64,000 nucleotides of DNA, from positions 1,024,001 to 1,088,000 of the forward strand of contig CBDBHB010000009.1 in the NCBI GenBank assembly GCA_965205505.1. The letters run 5' to 3'. Below the pieces are notes generated by a model. It was given only the letters and a program-made list of their open reading frames with translations, ran no database searches and was not told the origin of the DNA. The stretch comes from Acidobacteriota bacterium (GTDB lineage: Bacteria; Acidobacteriota; UBA890; WLXD01). A program made the position numbers and the translations under genes. Shown in pieces: positions 8,936 to 19,510 of the stretch (the stretch's first letter is position 1; each line of letters starts with the position of its first letter).

Positions 8936-10221
8936 TGCCACGCATCCGCCTGATCGTAGTCGCGACGACCCTGCTGATAGCAGTCGTGGGGGCGGTCGGA
9001 CTGGCTCGCTCGTGGAGCGGCGCCGATACGCTCGCCACGTACCGGGTGGAGCGCGACCGCTTCCTGCATCGCATCGATGCAGAAGGGATGCTGATCGCCG
9101 CGACCGCTACCGTGCTGACGGTGCCTGCTACCACGGCCAAGGAGCCCATGAAGATCGCCTGGCTGGCCCGGGACGGTTCGCATGTCGAAGCCGATCAGGT
9201 GGTGATCCGGTTCGATCCCACAGACATGGAGAATGAGCTGCTCAGCGGTCAAGCCGATCGCGACAAGGCGGCCAGTCGAACCCAGCAGACGAGCATCCAA
9301 CAGAGCACCCAGCTGGATAACCTCGGCCGCGATGCGGCGCTGGCCACGCTGCAGCTCCAGCACGCCCGAGACTTTCAGAGTACCGACGCAGAGATCTATT
9401 CGAGCAAGGAGATCCTCGAGTCACAGATCGACGAGGAACTGGCCAGCACGCGCAAGCAACATGCCGAGGACGCGCAGGAGATCCGCGCCGCGATCGGCGA
9501 GGTGGAGCTCGACCTGCTCGATCTCGAGCGTCGCCGGGCGGAGCTCACCATCGAGCAGGCAGAGGCCGGGTTGAGTGCGCTGGAGGTCAAGGCCCCACAC
9601 GAGGGCATCTTCGTTCTGCGCCGCAACCGGATGGGGGAACCGCCGACTGTCGGCCAGGTTGCCTTCGGCAGCCAGCCGATCGCCGAGATCCCGCAGCTCG
9701 GGGTGATGAAGGCCCAGATCTTCGTGCTCGAGGCCGCCGCCGGTGGTGTCGAGGTGGGTATCCCGGCCCAGGTCGTGCTGGAGTCCCATCCCGGCGAAAT
9801 GGTCGAGGCCACCGTGCGGGTAGTCGCGGCGGTCGCCAAGCGACGCAACCGCTGGTCACCGGTGCAGTACTTCGACGTCGAGCTCGAGCTGTCGACCACC
9901 GATCCCACGATGATGAAGCCTGGTCAGAGGGTGCGGGCCACGCTGCTACTGCAGGACCTCGACGACGTGCTCGCGGTTCCGCGCGAGGCGGTATTCCAGG
10001 ACGACGATGGCGGCCCGTTCGTCTACCGGCGTGGCGCGAACGGTTACGAGGTAACGGCCGTACAGCTGGGATCTGCAGCGCTGGGGCGCGTCGTCGTCAA
10101 CTCGGGAATTGCCGCTGGCGACGTCCTGGCGTTGGAGGATCCGACCCGCGCCAGCCTGGCACGGGAGAGCGAGACACCGTCGGGCGGTCCGGGGCTCGTT
10201 GGCGCCGGGACGCGCCCTTGA
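8932..10221 (+). CDS. HlyD/MacA-type periplasmic adaptor 3
   Basis: DGSHV...VIRFD, KAPHEG, MKPGQRV, LAVPREAV; coupled to neighbours by overlapping stop/start. Confidence 0.88.
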   Translation: MMPRIRLIVVATTLLIAVVGAVGLARSWSGADTLATYRVERDRFLHRIDAEGMLIAATATVLTVPATTAKEPMKIAWLARDGSHVEADQVVIRFDPTDMENELLSGQADRDKAASRTQQTSIQQSTQLDNLGRDAALATLQLQHARDFQSTDAEIYSSKEILESQIDEELASTRKQHAEDAQEIRAAIGEVELDLLDLERRRAELTIEQAEAGLSALEVKAPHEGIFVLRRNRMGEPPTVGQVAFGSQPIAEIPQLGVMKAQIFVLEAAAGGVEVGIPAQVVLESHPGEMVEATVRVVAAVAKRRNRWSPVQYFDVELELSTTDPTMMKPGQRVRATLLLQDLDDVLAVPREAVFQDDDGGPFVYRRGANGYEVTAVQLGSAALGRVVVNSGIAAGDVLALEDPTRASLARESETPSGGPGLVGAGTRP

Positions 10222-11450
10222 GCGTCGCGGAGGCGCTGCTGAGCGCGCTCACCAATCTGGCGACACACAAGCTCCGGTCGGCGCTGACCATGCTCGGCAT
10301 GATCTTCGGGGTCGGTGCCGTGATCGCGATGCTGTCGATCGGCGCCGGAGCCGAGCGTCAGGCGATGGAGATCATCGATCGCATGGGGTTGCGCAATGTG
10401 CTCGTACGCGATGTCGATCGCAGCGAGGACGAGCTCAACGAGATCCGGCAGACGTCGTTGGGGGTGTCGCTGCGCGACGCGAGCGCCATCCGCGACGGGA
10501 TTCCCGGGGTAGATCTGGCAGTTCCCCGAGTCGAGATCGACGCGTACAAGATCATGGCAGTGGAGTCACGCGCCGAGGGCAGCGTAATCGGGGTGTCGTA
10601 CCGACAGGCCGAGCTGTCCGGGCTGCGTGTCAGCGAGGGGCGGTTCCTCGATCGTCTCGACGAGGAGCTCCATGCGCAGGTGTGCGTTGTCGGTGCGGGA
10701 ATCCGACGGGATCTGTTCGGTGTTGGCGAGGTGCTCGGCGGCCAGGTCAAGATCAACAACGTCTGGTTCGAGGTGGTAGGTGTGCTGGAGGAGGTCGGCG
10801 GTGCCGGATCGTTCGAGGGAGTGGATATCGGTACCAGCGCTTCGGAGATCTATGTCCCCGTCAGCACGGCTATTCGCAAGTTCGACCGCGAGCCGTTGCG
10901 AGCTCCGGTCGACGAGATCGTGGTACGGCTCGACGACCAGGCCTCGCCGCAGGCCAGCGCCGTCGCCATCCGGCGGTTGCTCGAGCGGATTCACGGGGGC
11001 GAGGACGATTTCGAGCTGGTAATCCCGGAGGCCCTGCTGGATCAGAGCCAGCGCACGCAGCGGCTCTTCAACATCGTCATGGGTTGTATCGCCGGCATCT
11101 CACTGCTGGTCGGCGGCATCGGCATCACCAACATCATGTTGGCCACGGTGCTGGAGCGCACGCGTGAGATCGGCATTCGGCGGGCGGTCGGCGCCCGTCG
11201 GCAGGAGATTCGCGCCCAGTTCATGATCGAGGCGTTCGCGATCAGCGTCCTCGGCGGGGCTGCCGGCGTCGCGATGGGCATCATCATCGCCAAGGTGGTG
11301 GCGGCGTCAGCCGGCTGGGAGACTGTCGTGACGGCGTCGTCGATCGTGTTGTCGACGAGCGTGTCGATGGCGGCAGGACTGGTCTCCGGCATTTACCCGG
11401 CCACTCGCGCTGCGCAGCTCGATCCCATCGAGGCGCTGCGCTACGAGTAA
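10218..11450 (+). CDS. MacB/FtsX-type ABC permease without ATPase domain
   Basis: KLRSALTMLGMIFGVGAV, ISLLVGGIGITNIM...ERTREIGIRRAVGA, YPA.RAA.LDPIEALRYE. Confidence 0.92.
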   Translation: MSVAEALLSALTNLATHKLRSALTMLGMIFGVGAVIAMLSIGAGAERQAMEIIDRMGLRNVLVRDVDRSEDELNEIRQTSLGVSLRDASAIRDGIPGVDLAVPRVEIDAYKIMAVESRAEGSVIGVSYRQAELSGLRVSEGRFLDRLDEELHAQVCVVGAGIRRDLFGVGEVLGGQVKINNVWFEVVGVLEEVGGAGSFEGVDIGTSASEIYVPVSTAIRKFDREPLRAPVDEIVVRLDDQASPQASAVAIRRLLERIHGGEDDFELVIPEALLDQSQRTQRLFNIVMGCIAGISLLVGGIGITNIMLATVLERTREIGIRRAVGARRQEIRAQFMIEAFAISVLGGAAGVAMGIIIAKVVAASAGWETVVTASSIVLSTSVSMAAGLVSGIYPATRAAQLDPIEALRYE

Positions 11451-11466
11451 CGCCCACCGCTTCGGA

Positions 11467-12984
11467 CTAGCGCACCTTCTCGGAGTAGTTCCCATGTTGG
11501 CGTAGGCGCGTCACGGCGCCGCTCGTATCGACCTCGAACACCCACTCCTCGCCGGGCTCGCCGTTGTCACGCACACGGTGGAACGTGTTTCCCTCGATGT
11601 GCGTGAGCTTGGTCAGGCCACCGAGCGGGTCATCGGTTGGCAAGCTCATGCTGGCGAGGCCGTCCTCCCAGAGCACGATTGCCGACTCTCCCCAGGTGGA
11701 GCGGTACAGGCCGACGTAGCGCTCGAGCTCGCTGTTGTCCGGATCGAGGTCAGCCGAGTCAGCGGTGGCCTCGTCGCGCGCCGCGTCGGCTTCTGCGGCT
11801 GCCGACAGTGCCGGCCCGACGATCTCGTAGGCGCGGCGCGCGTAAAGACCCGGGTTCACGCCCAGCGCGTTGGCCATGACAGTGACCGCTACGCGGTCGC
11901 GCGGCTGCAGCGTGAGGCTACTGCGAAAACCTGGACACGAGCCTCCGTGGCCGACGAACGTCGTGTCGTCACTGCGTGACACCGAGAAGCCGAGTCCCCA
12001 GTGAGCGCTCCAGTCCTCGTCGACCCAGTGCACTCGGTGCATCTCGCGCAGGGTGTTGGCAGCCAGTACCTCGGTCTCTCCGCTGGCCAGGAGCCGGAAC
12101 TGCCATGAGGCGAACTTGGCGAGGTCCTCCACCGTCGAGGCGAAGCCGGCTGCAGGCGAGATGCCGCGCGCCTGGAAGACCGGGACCTGCTCGCGGGACC
12201 CCTCTCGGCGCAGTGGACCGTATCCTGTCGCCAGGCGCCCGCCGGCCTCGTCGGCAGGGATCTCCGTAGTCGTCGAGCTCATATCCAGCGGCCCCAGGAT
12301 GTGCTCTTGGATGTAATCGGCATAGCGCTGTCCCGACACCGCCGCTACCGTCTCGCCCGCCAGGGCCAGGCCGAGGTTGGAGTACTGGAGGTATGTGTCG
12401 GCGGGGTAGAGCGTTTGCTGGCGTGAGTCACTTTCGGTGATCTGCTCGCGCGTCGGGAAGAGGAACTCAGGACCGGTCCAGTACGGATGCGCAGACTCTC
12501 GCGGTAGCCCCGAGGAGTGCGTCAGGACGCCGCGCAGGGTAGCTCGCCCGGAGTCAGCGTGTGATTCCTCGATGTCGAACCACGGAAGGTGGTCACGGAT
12601 CTCGTCGTCGAGGCGCAGGTTGCCGGCATCGCGCTGTTGCATGACAGCGATGCTGGTGAACAGCTTGGAGATCGAGCAGATGCTATAGATCGTCTGCGGC
12701 GTCGCCGGCTGGCGACGCTCGAGGTCGGCAAAACCGAATCCGCGCGCCCAGACGATGTTCTGGTCGTGAACGATCGCCGCTGACAGACCCGGAATGCGCT
12801 TGTAGGCGAGCTCGGCGTCAAGCCAAGTTTCGAGCAGTTGCAGCGCCTTCGCGACGCCCGGGTCGTCGGCCACCCGGTCTGCTGGAGTCCCGGCGGGCGG
12901 TGCTGCGTCGGCAACCGCCTGCGCCCAGGCGTTGGCGGGGATGGACAAGCTCAACACCAGTACCCAGAGGGTGATTCGTCGCAT
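11467..12984 (-). CDS. Serine hydrolase, beta-lactamase/PBP family, with C-terminal extra domain
   Basis: Signal peptide; SISK, LTHSSG, YSN, HGG. Confidence 0.9.
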   Translation of the reverse strand: MRRITLWVLVLSLSIPANAWAQAVADAAPPAGTPADRVADDPGVAKALQLLETWLDAELAYKRIPGLSAAIVHDQNIVWARGFGFADLERRQPATPQTIYSICSISKLFTSIAVMQQRDAGNLRLDDEIRDHLPWFDIEESHADSGRATLRGVLTHSSGLPRESAHPYWTGPEFLFPTREQITESDSRQQTLYPADTYLQYSNLGLALAGETVAAVSGQRYADYIQEHILGPLDMSSTTTEIPADEAGGRLATGYGPLRREGSREQVPVFQARGISPAAGFASTVEDLAKFASWQFRLLASGETEVLAANTLREMHRVHWVDEDWSAHWGLGFSVSRSDDTTFVGHGGSCPGFRSSLTLQPRDRVAVTVMANALGVNPGLYARRAYEIVGPALSAAAEADAARDEATADSADLDPDNSELERYVGLYRSTWGESAIVLWEDGLASMSLPTDDPLGGLTKLTHIEGNTFHRVRDNGEPGEEWVFEVDTSGAVTRLRQHGNYSEKVR

Positions 12985-13153
12985 GGTCAGGTTCCGAGCT
13001 GTGGGACGACAACAGTGTCGCCCACGGCCGCATGCTATCGCTCGCAGGAGCGTGAGTCAGCGGCGCGCGACGACTGCGCAAACGAACAGTGGGATGTCGC
13101 GGCCGCGCCACCGTGCGACACTCCGCGGGAGCATTCCACCCGAGGTCCGTGTC

Positions 13154-13993
13154 ATGTACACAGCCACTGTCAGACTGGCGCTCGCGCTGCCACTCCTGCT
13201 GGCCGCCGAGTCGCCTCACATCCCTGTCGCGAGGACTCCAGTGCTGCAGCGCGTTGCAATTCATGAGCTCGACCTGGCCCTCGACGACGGTACCCAGCTG
13301 CACTACGCCGTGGCGACTCCCGATGACATGGATGCCGCCGAGTCGCTGCCGCTGGTTGTGGGGCTTCACTATGGCTGGCGAGGTGAACAATCCCCGCGGC
13401 TCGGGCGCGACTTCCTGCGCCTCCTGGTCGAGCCGGGCGTCGGTGCCACGCGCGCAATCCTCGTGGCCCCGAACTGCCCGGAGGGCTCGTGGAATCACCC
13501 GCGTGCCGAAGCCGCGGTGCTTGCTCTGGTGGACGCGGTGGTGCGCGAGTATCCGGTCGATACGGATCGCATTCTGGTGACGGGATTCAGCCTCGGCGGC
13601 ATGGGCACATGGTTCTTCGCCGCCAACCATGCCGAGGTGTTCGACGCCGCGATCGCCATCGCTTCCGTGCCCGTCATCGACCATGGTGCCAGGTCGCGCA
13701 CCGACCCGGACGCCTTTCTTGCCGCGCTGGCGGACGGGGTAGCGCCGTGGGTAAGCGGCCTCATGCGCGTTCCATTCTTCGTAATCAATAGTCGTGCCGA
13801 CGAGCTGATTCCCTTCGCCCAGGCGGAGGCCGCGGCCGCGGCACTGGCCGAGCTCGGCGCACCGGTGCGGTTCCTTCCGTTGGAGGGCATAAGTCACTAC
13901 GAGTCGGCTGGCTACGTGCCGGCCCTGCGACAGGGGGTCCGCTGGGTGCTACAGCAATGGGGCGACGCCCCCGAGCCGGGCTCCCGTCAATAG
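13154..13993 (+). CDS. Secreted alpha/beta hydrolase (esterase/peptidase)
   Basis: PLVVGLH, GFSLGG nucleophile elbow, D.LIP, GISH; signal-like N-terminus from ATG 13154. Confidence 0.8.
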   Translation: MYTATVRLALALPLLLAAESPHIPVARTPVLQRVAIHELDLALDDGTQLHYAVATPDDMDAAESLPLVVGLHYGWRGEQSPRLGRDFLRLLVEPGVGATRAILVAPNCPEGSWNHPRAEAAVLALVDAVVREYPVDTDRILVTGFSLGGMGTWFFAANHAEVFDAAIAIASVPVIDHGARSRTDPDAFLAALADGVAPWVSGLMRVPFFVINSRADELIPFAQAEAAAAALAELGAPVRFLPLEGISHYESAGYVPALRQGVRWVLQQWGDAPEPGSRQ

Positions 13994-14011
13994 TTCGGAG
14001 TTGTCGTGGTG

Positions 14012-16693
14012 ATGAATACTCGGCTTTCGCGTCATGCGTTCCTCGGTTTGGCACTGGCGCTCGCTTCGGTCGTGTCGGCCGGCGCGCAGCAACCTCGTGG
14101 CCCGATATCGACGGAAGACCGCTTCGCCCGGTATGCCGAGCATGTTCGAATGGCCGAGGCGTCGCCCTTCAAACATCTGCGCTGGCAGTTTCTCGGACCC
14201 ACCAACATCAGCGGCCGCATGACCGATGTTGCGGTGGTCACCCCGCGAGGACAGAGCTATACGCTCTTCGTCGCCGGTGCCTCGGGCGGTGTCTGGCGTA
14301 GCCGCAACGAAGGCGTGTCATGGGAGCCGGTGTTCGAGCGCGGCGTATCCACGTCGATAGGTGACGTCACGATCGCACCGTCCAACCAAGACATCGTCTG
14401 GATCGGAACGGGCGAAGCCAATATCTTTCGCAGCTCGATGGCCGGGTCGGGGGTATACAAGTCGACCGACGGAGGCGACACCTGGGAACACATGGGCCTC
14501 GGAGCTACTCATACCGTGGCTCGTATCGTCATTCATCCCACCGATCCCGCCACCGTTTACGTAGCCGCCTCTGGCCACGAATGGACCGACAACCCGGAGC
14601 GCGGCGTCTACAAGACCACCGACGGCGGCAACACCTGGAACCACGTCCTGTTCGTCAACGATCACACCGGTGCGATCGACGTGGTTGCCGACCCCAGCGC
14701 CCCCGACACGTTGTACGCGGCCACCTGGGATCGCCTGCGAAACAAGTGGAACGATCCGCGAAACACCTCCGACACCGATGGATCGGGGGTGTGGAAAACT
14801 ACCGATGCGGGGGCTAACTGGCGCCGGATTAACGACGGGCTGCCCCCACCCGCCCAGCGCGGCCGCATTGGCATCGACGTTTCCTCCTCGAACACCCACG
14901 TGGCTTACGCGTTCGTCGACAACTACGAGGTCGCGCGGATACCCGAGGAGGACGAAACCGATGCCTATGGCCGACCGGCAGCGCCGGTGATCCGTGGCGC
15001 CACCGTGTACCGCTCCGACGATCGGGGTGAAAGCTGGCGGCAGACCTCTGAGAACAACGACACCATGCAGGGCCTCGGAGGCACCTATGGCTGGGTGTTT
15101 GGCCAGATCCGTGTCGATCCCACCAACGAGGACCGCATCTACGTGATGGGCCTGAGATTGAACGTCTCCGACGACGCCGGCCGTACCTTTCGCCGCCTCG
15201 AGGGGATGCACGGCGACCATCACGGCCTGTGGATCGATCCAGACAACCCCGACTACCTCGTGAACGTGAACGACGGCGGCCTGGCGATCTCCTATGACGC
15301 GGGTGAGAACTGGCGCACCTTCGAGGACAACCTTCCGCTGGCGCAGTTCTTCAACGTCGGCCACGACATGGATGAGCCATTCCGCGTGTACGGATCGATC
15401 CAGGACCACGGCTCGCGACGCGGTGTTGTGGATCTCAGCGGCGGTCGTAGCAATATTTCGGCGGTCCCGTTCGAGAACGCACCTGGAGGCGAGGGATCTA
15501 CCCACGCCATCGACCCCACCGACCCCGATGTGGTGTACGCGGCGGGTTTCTACGGGAGCATATTTCGCGCCGACCTGGGATCGGGCGATCGCCAGCAGCT
15601 GGTGCCGGAGCCGGGGGAGGGGGAGCCGCCCTTGCGTGGACAGTGGGTCGCTCCGTTCATCATCTCACCGCACAACCCGCGGGTGATCTACCACGGCATG
15701 AACTTCCTGTATCGCTCGATGAACCAGGGCGAGTCGTGGGAGCGGATCAGCGACGACCTGACGTACAACGAGATCGACAAGATCGGCGACATCCAGTACC
15801 AGACGATCTACTCGATATCGGAGTCGCCGCTACAGTTTGGCCTGCTGTACGCCGGCACCGATGACGGGCGTGTGTGGACCACCGATACCGCGTCTGGCTG
15901 GGCGGAGATCACGGGCGAGCTGCCGCGCGGCAAGGTCATCGCCGAGATCGTGGCGTCGCAGTACGACCTCGATACCGTTTACATGACGCAAAATGGCAAG
16001 CGCGACGACGACTTCGTGCCCTACCTGTGGAAGTCGATCGACCGTGGCTCCACCTGGCAGGACATCGCCAAAGGGATTCCCGGGGGCCCGATCAACGTCA
16101 TGAAAGAGGACCCCAACGTTGAGGGGGTTCTCTACGTCGGCACTGATACGGGGGCCTACGTCAGCCTCGACGGCGGCGTCGGGTGGCACGCCTTGGCAGC
16201 CGGGATCCCCAACACGTTCGTGCAGGACCTGGTCGTACATCCGCGCGATGACATCCTGGTGGCAGCGACGCACGGGCGCGGAATGTGGGCGCTCGACCTG
16301 CGCCCGATCCAGCAGCTTTCGCCCGAGGTCCGTGGACGACCGTTGCATGTCTTCGATGTCGAGTCGGTGATCCTACCGGACCGTCGAGCAGGGAGGTCCG
16401 ATGGCGCGAGCCGACCGCAGGTGGCAGTCCATTATTGGCTCGGCGCTCCGAGCGAGGTCGTGATTACGGTACAGAACGCCGACAGCGAGATCGTGCGCAT
16501 GCTCGAGGGTACTGGCGACGCGGGCCACAACATGGCGGTATGGGATCTGTCGGTCGACGCCACCGAAGAGAATCGACCGCGGCGCGGCCCACCCCTGGCC
16601 GGCCCTGGGCGCTACACGGTTTTGGTCGACGCGGCGGCCGAGTCGGTGGAAGCGACGTTCACCGTCAGAGGCGGTGGTGGCGAGCGTCGGTAA
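14012..16693 (+). CDS. VPS10/BNR-repeat glycosyl-hydrolase-like protein
   Basis: Signal peptide; GPTNISGR, repeated S/T-x-D-G-G-x-T-W Asp-boxes, HGDHH, ATHGRG. Confidence 0.88.
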   Translation: MNTRLSRHAFLGLALALASVVSAGAQQPRGPISTEDRFARYAEHVRMAEASPFKHLRWQFLGPTNISGRMTDVAVVTPRGQSYTLFVAGASGGVWRSRNEGVSWEPVFERGVSTSIGDVTIAPSNQDIVWIGTGEANIFRSSMAGSGVYKSTDGGDTWEHMGLGATHTVARIVIHPTDPATVYVAASGHEWTDNPERGVYKTTDGGNTWNHVLFVNDHTGAIDVVADPSAPDTLYAATWDRLRNKWNDPRNTSDTDGSGVWKTTDAGANWRRINDGLPPPAQRGRIGIDVSSSNTHVAYAFVDNYEVARIPEEDETDAYGRPAAPVIRGATVYRSDDRGESWRQTSENNDTMQGLGGTYGWVFGQIRVDPTNEDRIYVMGLRLNVSDDAGRTFRRLEGMHGDHHGLWIDPDNPDYLVNVNDGGLAISYDAGENWRTFEDNLPLAQFFNVGHDMDEPFRVYGSIQDHGSRRGVVDLSGGRSNISAVPFENAPGGEGSTHAIDPTDPDVVYAAGFYGSIFRADLGSGDRQQLVPEPGEGEPPLRGQWVAPFIISPHNPRVIYHGMNFLYRSMNQGESWERISDDLTYNEIDKIGDIQYQTIYSISESPLQFGLLYAGTDDGRVWTTDTASGWAEITGELPRGKVIAEIVASQYDLDTVYMTQNGKRDDDFVPYLWKSIDRGSTWQDIAKGIPGGPINVMKEDPNVEGVLYVGTDTGAYVSLDGGVGWHALAAGIPNTFVQDLVVHPRDDILVAATHGRGMWALDLRPIQQLSPEVRGRPLHVFDVESVILPDRRAGRSDGASRPQVAVHYWLGAPSEVVITVQNADSEIVRMLEGTGDAGHNMAVWDLSVDATEENRPRRGPPLAGPGRYTVLVDAAAESVEATFTVRGGGGERR

Positions 16694-18350
16694 GATACTG
16701 ACGCTCGCTCTTGTCGGCACCCTGGCGGCAGGATGCAGCCAACCGATTCTCGACGATGGGGCGCGGCTGGAGGTTCTCATCGAGCGCTACATCGGCGCCC
16801 GCGACTCGGAGTCGACGGCGTCGAGGGACATTCGCGCTGCCGCCTTCGTCGGCAGGATTGCCGCCAGCCGCGTATTGCTGGCGCAGTTGCGCGGCGTTTC
16901 CATCGGCGCGTTGTCGCGCGCCCAGCGTATCGACCGTGCCTACCTGATCGGTGCTCTGGAGGCGGAGATCTTCGACGCCGAGGCGCTGCGGCGCTGGGAA
17001 ACGGATCCCACGATCTACGTTCCAGCTGGCGCGATCGCCGGTGCGCTCGATGCTGCGCAGGCCGAACCTTCGCCGGGCTCGCTCGAGCGCCTCGTGGTCC
17101 TGCTGGACGACATCCCTTCGGCTGTGGAGGCGGCGCGGACCAACCTTGGCAGGCCCCCACGCAGGTTCACTGAGGCGGCGATCTTCGAGGTCGCCGCGAC
17201 CCTCGCGACGTTGCGAGAGCGCGGCGCGGTGATCGCCGAGACTACCACTGGGACAACTCTCGTCGATTCCGCCGACGTTGCAATCGAGGCTCTGCAGCGG
17301 TTCGAGGGCATCCTGCGCAACGATGTGCTGCCACGCTCCGACGGTGATTGGGCCATCGGCAAGGAGCACTACGACTTCCTGTTACAGCATCGCTGGCTGC
17401 TCGATGCCGATGCCGACGCGATCCTGGAGAGGGGTCAGCGAGCGTTCGATGAAGCCGAAACGCGAGCTCAGGAGATCGCCGACCGCATCGCTCCCGGTAT
17501 GCACTGGATCGATGTGTACGAGTCGGTCAAGGATGATCATCCACCCTTCGATGCCATCAAGGGCGCCTATCAATCTCAGATGGACGCGGCGCGCGCGTTC
17601 GTTCGTGACCATCAGGTGGTCACGCTGCCAGATGGTGAACACGTCATCACCGTGGACACGCCGCCCGCCATGCGGCGGTCGTCGCCGTTCGGGACGTTTC
17701 AAACGGTGCGACCGCTCGACGACGGACTCGAAGGGCGGCTCGTGCTCACGCCAATCGATGCGGAGCTGCCCGCCGACCAGCGCCTCGAGCGATCACGCTC
17801 GCACCATCACGCCTGGACGCCGATCATCGCCGTTCACGAGGCTTATCCGGGACATCATGTGCACGCGTTGAAAGCGAGGCAGAACGTCCGGTTGCTGCGG
17901 CGCGTGGCCGGCGAGCCCATCACCCTCGAGGGCTGGGGACTCTTCACCGAGAAGCTGATGTTCGAGCTCGGCTTCCTGGCGGGAGACGAAGTCGAGCTCA
18001 CCATCCTGCGCAACCGGCTGTGGCGTGCGGCGCGCGTTATTCTCGACGTGAGCCTCCACACGCGCCGCATGGGAATCCCACAGGCAGTCGATTTCCTCGT
18101 CGATCGTGTTCGCTTCGAGCGCCGTGCAGCGGAGCTCGAGGTGGGCATGTATCCGCGGCGCCCGACCTACGTGCTCGGCTATCTCATCGGCATGCAGGAG
18201 ATCGAGCGGCTGCGCGACGATTGGGTGGCTGCCAACGGACTGCCGAACCCACCGTCCAAGCTATACGATGCTCTCCTGTCGGCCGGCGGCATCCCGCCGG
18301 CGCTCATCCGCGCCGAGCTGCTCGGCGAGGAGATACCGGAGCGTCAATGA
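16674..18350 (+). CDS. DUF885-family lipoprotein (putative metallopeptidase)
   Basis: Lipobox LAAGC; HEAYPGHH, EGWGLFTE, RAARVILD. Confidence 0.88.
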   Translation: MVASVGKILTLALVGTLAAGCSQPILDDGARLEVLIERYIGARDSESTASRDIRAAAFVGRIAASRVLLAQLRGVSIGALSRAQRIDRAYLIGALEAEIFDAEALRRWETDPTIYVPAGAIAGALDAAQAEPSPGSLERLVVLLDDIPSAVEAARTNLGRPPRRFTEAAIFEVAATLATLRERGAVIAETTTGTTLVDSADVAIEALQRFEGILRNDVLPRSDGDWAIGKEHYDFLLQHRWLLDADADAILERGQRAFDEAETRAQEIADRIAPGMHWIDVYESVKDDHPPFDAIKGAYQSQMDAARAFVRDHQVVTLPDGEHVITVDTPPAMRRSSPFGTFQTVRPLDDGLEGRLVLTPIDAELPADQRLERSRSHHHAWTPIIAVHEAYPGHHVHALKARQNVRLLRRVAGEPITLEGWGLFTEKLMFELGFLAGDEVELTILRNRLWRAARVILDVSLHTRRMGIPQAVDFLVDRVRFERRAAELEVGMYPRRPTYVLGYLIGMQEIERLRDDWVAANGLPNPPSKLYDALLSAGGIPPALIRAELLGEEIPERQ

Positions 18351-18396
18351 ACACGTCCTCGGGCGGGATAGGCTGCGCCCACCGGAGGCGTACTCG

Positions 18397-19149
18397 ATGG
18401 TGGTGAAGTTGCCGAGCGGTGCGGACCTGGATGGCATGCGTGCCGTTGCCGGCGTCGTGGCGCGCACCATCGACAGCATGCGGCGCGAGCTGCGAGCCGG
18501 TATCACAACGCGAGAGCTCGACGCGGTAGGGCGCCGCGAGCTTGCCAACCACGGTGCCCGCTCCGCCCCCGAGCTGGTGTACGGATTCCCCGCCGCCACC
18601 TGCATCAGCGTGAACGACCAAGCGGCTCACGGGATTCCTGGCGACCGTGAGGTGCGCGATGCGGATCTGGTCAACATCGACGTTTCCGCCGAGCTCGACG
18701 GCTACTATGCCGACGCTGGCGCCTCGTTCCCGGTGGGCGCGGTTACACCGCTGGCGCAGCAACTCTGCGATGCCGCGCAGGAGGCGCTGTGCGAGGCGCT
18801 ACGCGCAGTGCGCCCCGGCAAGCTCGTCAACGCGGTTGGTCGGGCCGTCGAGAGGGTGGCCGGGGAACGAGGATTTCGAGTGATTCGTAACCTCTGTGGA
18901 CATGGGGTGGGTCGCAGCATCCACGAGGACCCCCGCACGCTGCTCAACTACTACGAGCCGCGCGACCGCCGGCGTTTCAGCGAGGGCTTGGTGCTCACCG
19001 TCGAGCCGTTCCTTTCGATCTCGTCGAATCGCGCCGTCCAGGACGATGATGGGTGGACTCTGCGCACGGGCGACGGCAGCCTGGCGGCACAGTTCGAGCA
19101 CACGGTGGTGGTGACCCGCACGGGCGCCGAGTTATTGACGGCGTTATGA
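18397..19149 (+). CDS. map: Methionine aminopeptidase type I
   Basis: CISVN..AHGIP, NIDVS....GYYAD, GHGVG..IHE, TVEP, AQFEHT; GGAGG RBS before ATG 18397. Confidence 0.93.
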   Translation: MVVKLPSGADLDGMRAVAGVVARTIDSMRRELRAGITTRELDAVGRRELANHGARSAPELVYGFPAATCISVNDQAAHGIPGDREVRDADLVNIDVSAELDGYYADAGASFPVGAVTPLAQQLCDAAQEALCEALRAVRPGKLVNAVGRAVERVAGERGFRVIRNLCGHGVGRSIHEDPRTLLNYYEPRDRRRFSEGLVLTVEPFLSISSNRAVQDDDGWTLRTGDGSLAAQFEHTVVVTRTGAELLTAL

Positions 19150-19231
19150 TCGAGCAGGTCGCTGAGCGATCGTAAGGTGCCGCTGATGCAGCCCTACATG
19201 AAGACCGACATGCCGTTCTTCGGCGTTGTCA

Positions 19232-19510
19232 CTAGCAGGCCGTGGTGAAAGTGTGGTGGGTCTGGCGACAGGGTCTTGCGAAGTGGAGGCAAGGAGAGAG
19301 GAGGAGGCGATGGTAACCCCATCGTTGACGAGGAACGACGCAGCATACGCGCGCAACCCCCTGTTGCCGGAAGGGTTACGGCGATTTGGGGCCATTTGCG
19401 GCGTTGACCTTCCTGGACGATGGCTAGGGCATCGCCTGTGTCAGGCCGCCTTACATCTGGCCCCAACTCGCCGTAACCAGACCCACCACACTTTCACCAC
19501 GGCCTGCTAG
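19232..19510. mobile_element. 279-bp MITE-like structured repeat, copy 2
   Basis: Same TIRs and CTAG ends as copy 1; lies between convergent map and VOC genes. Confidence 0.85.
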
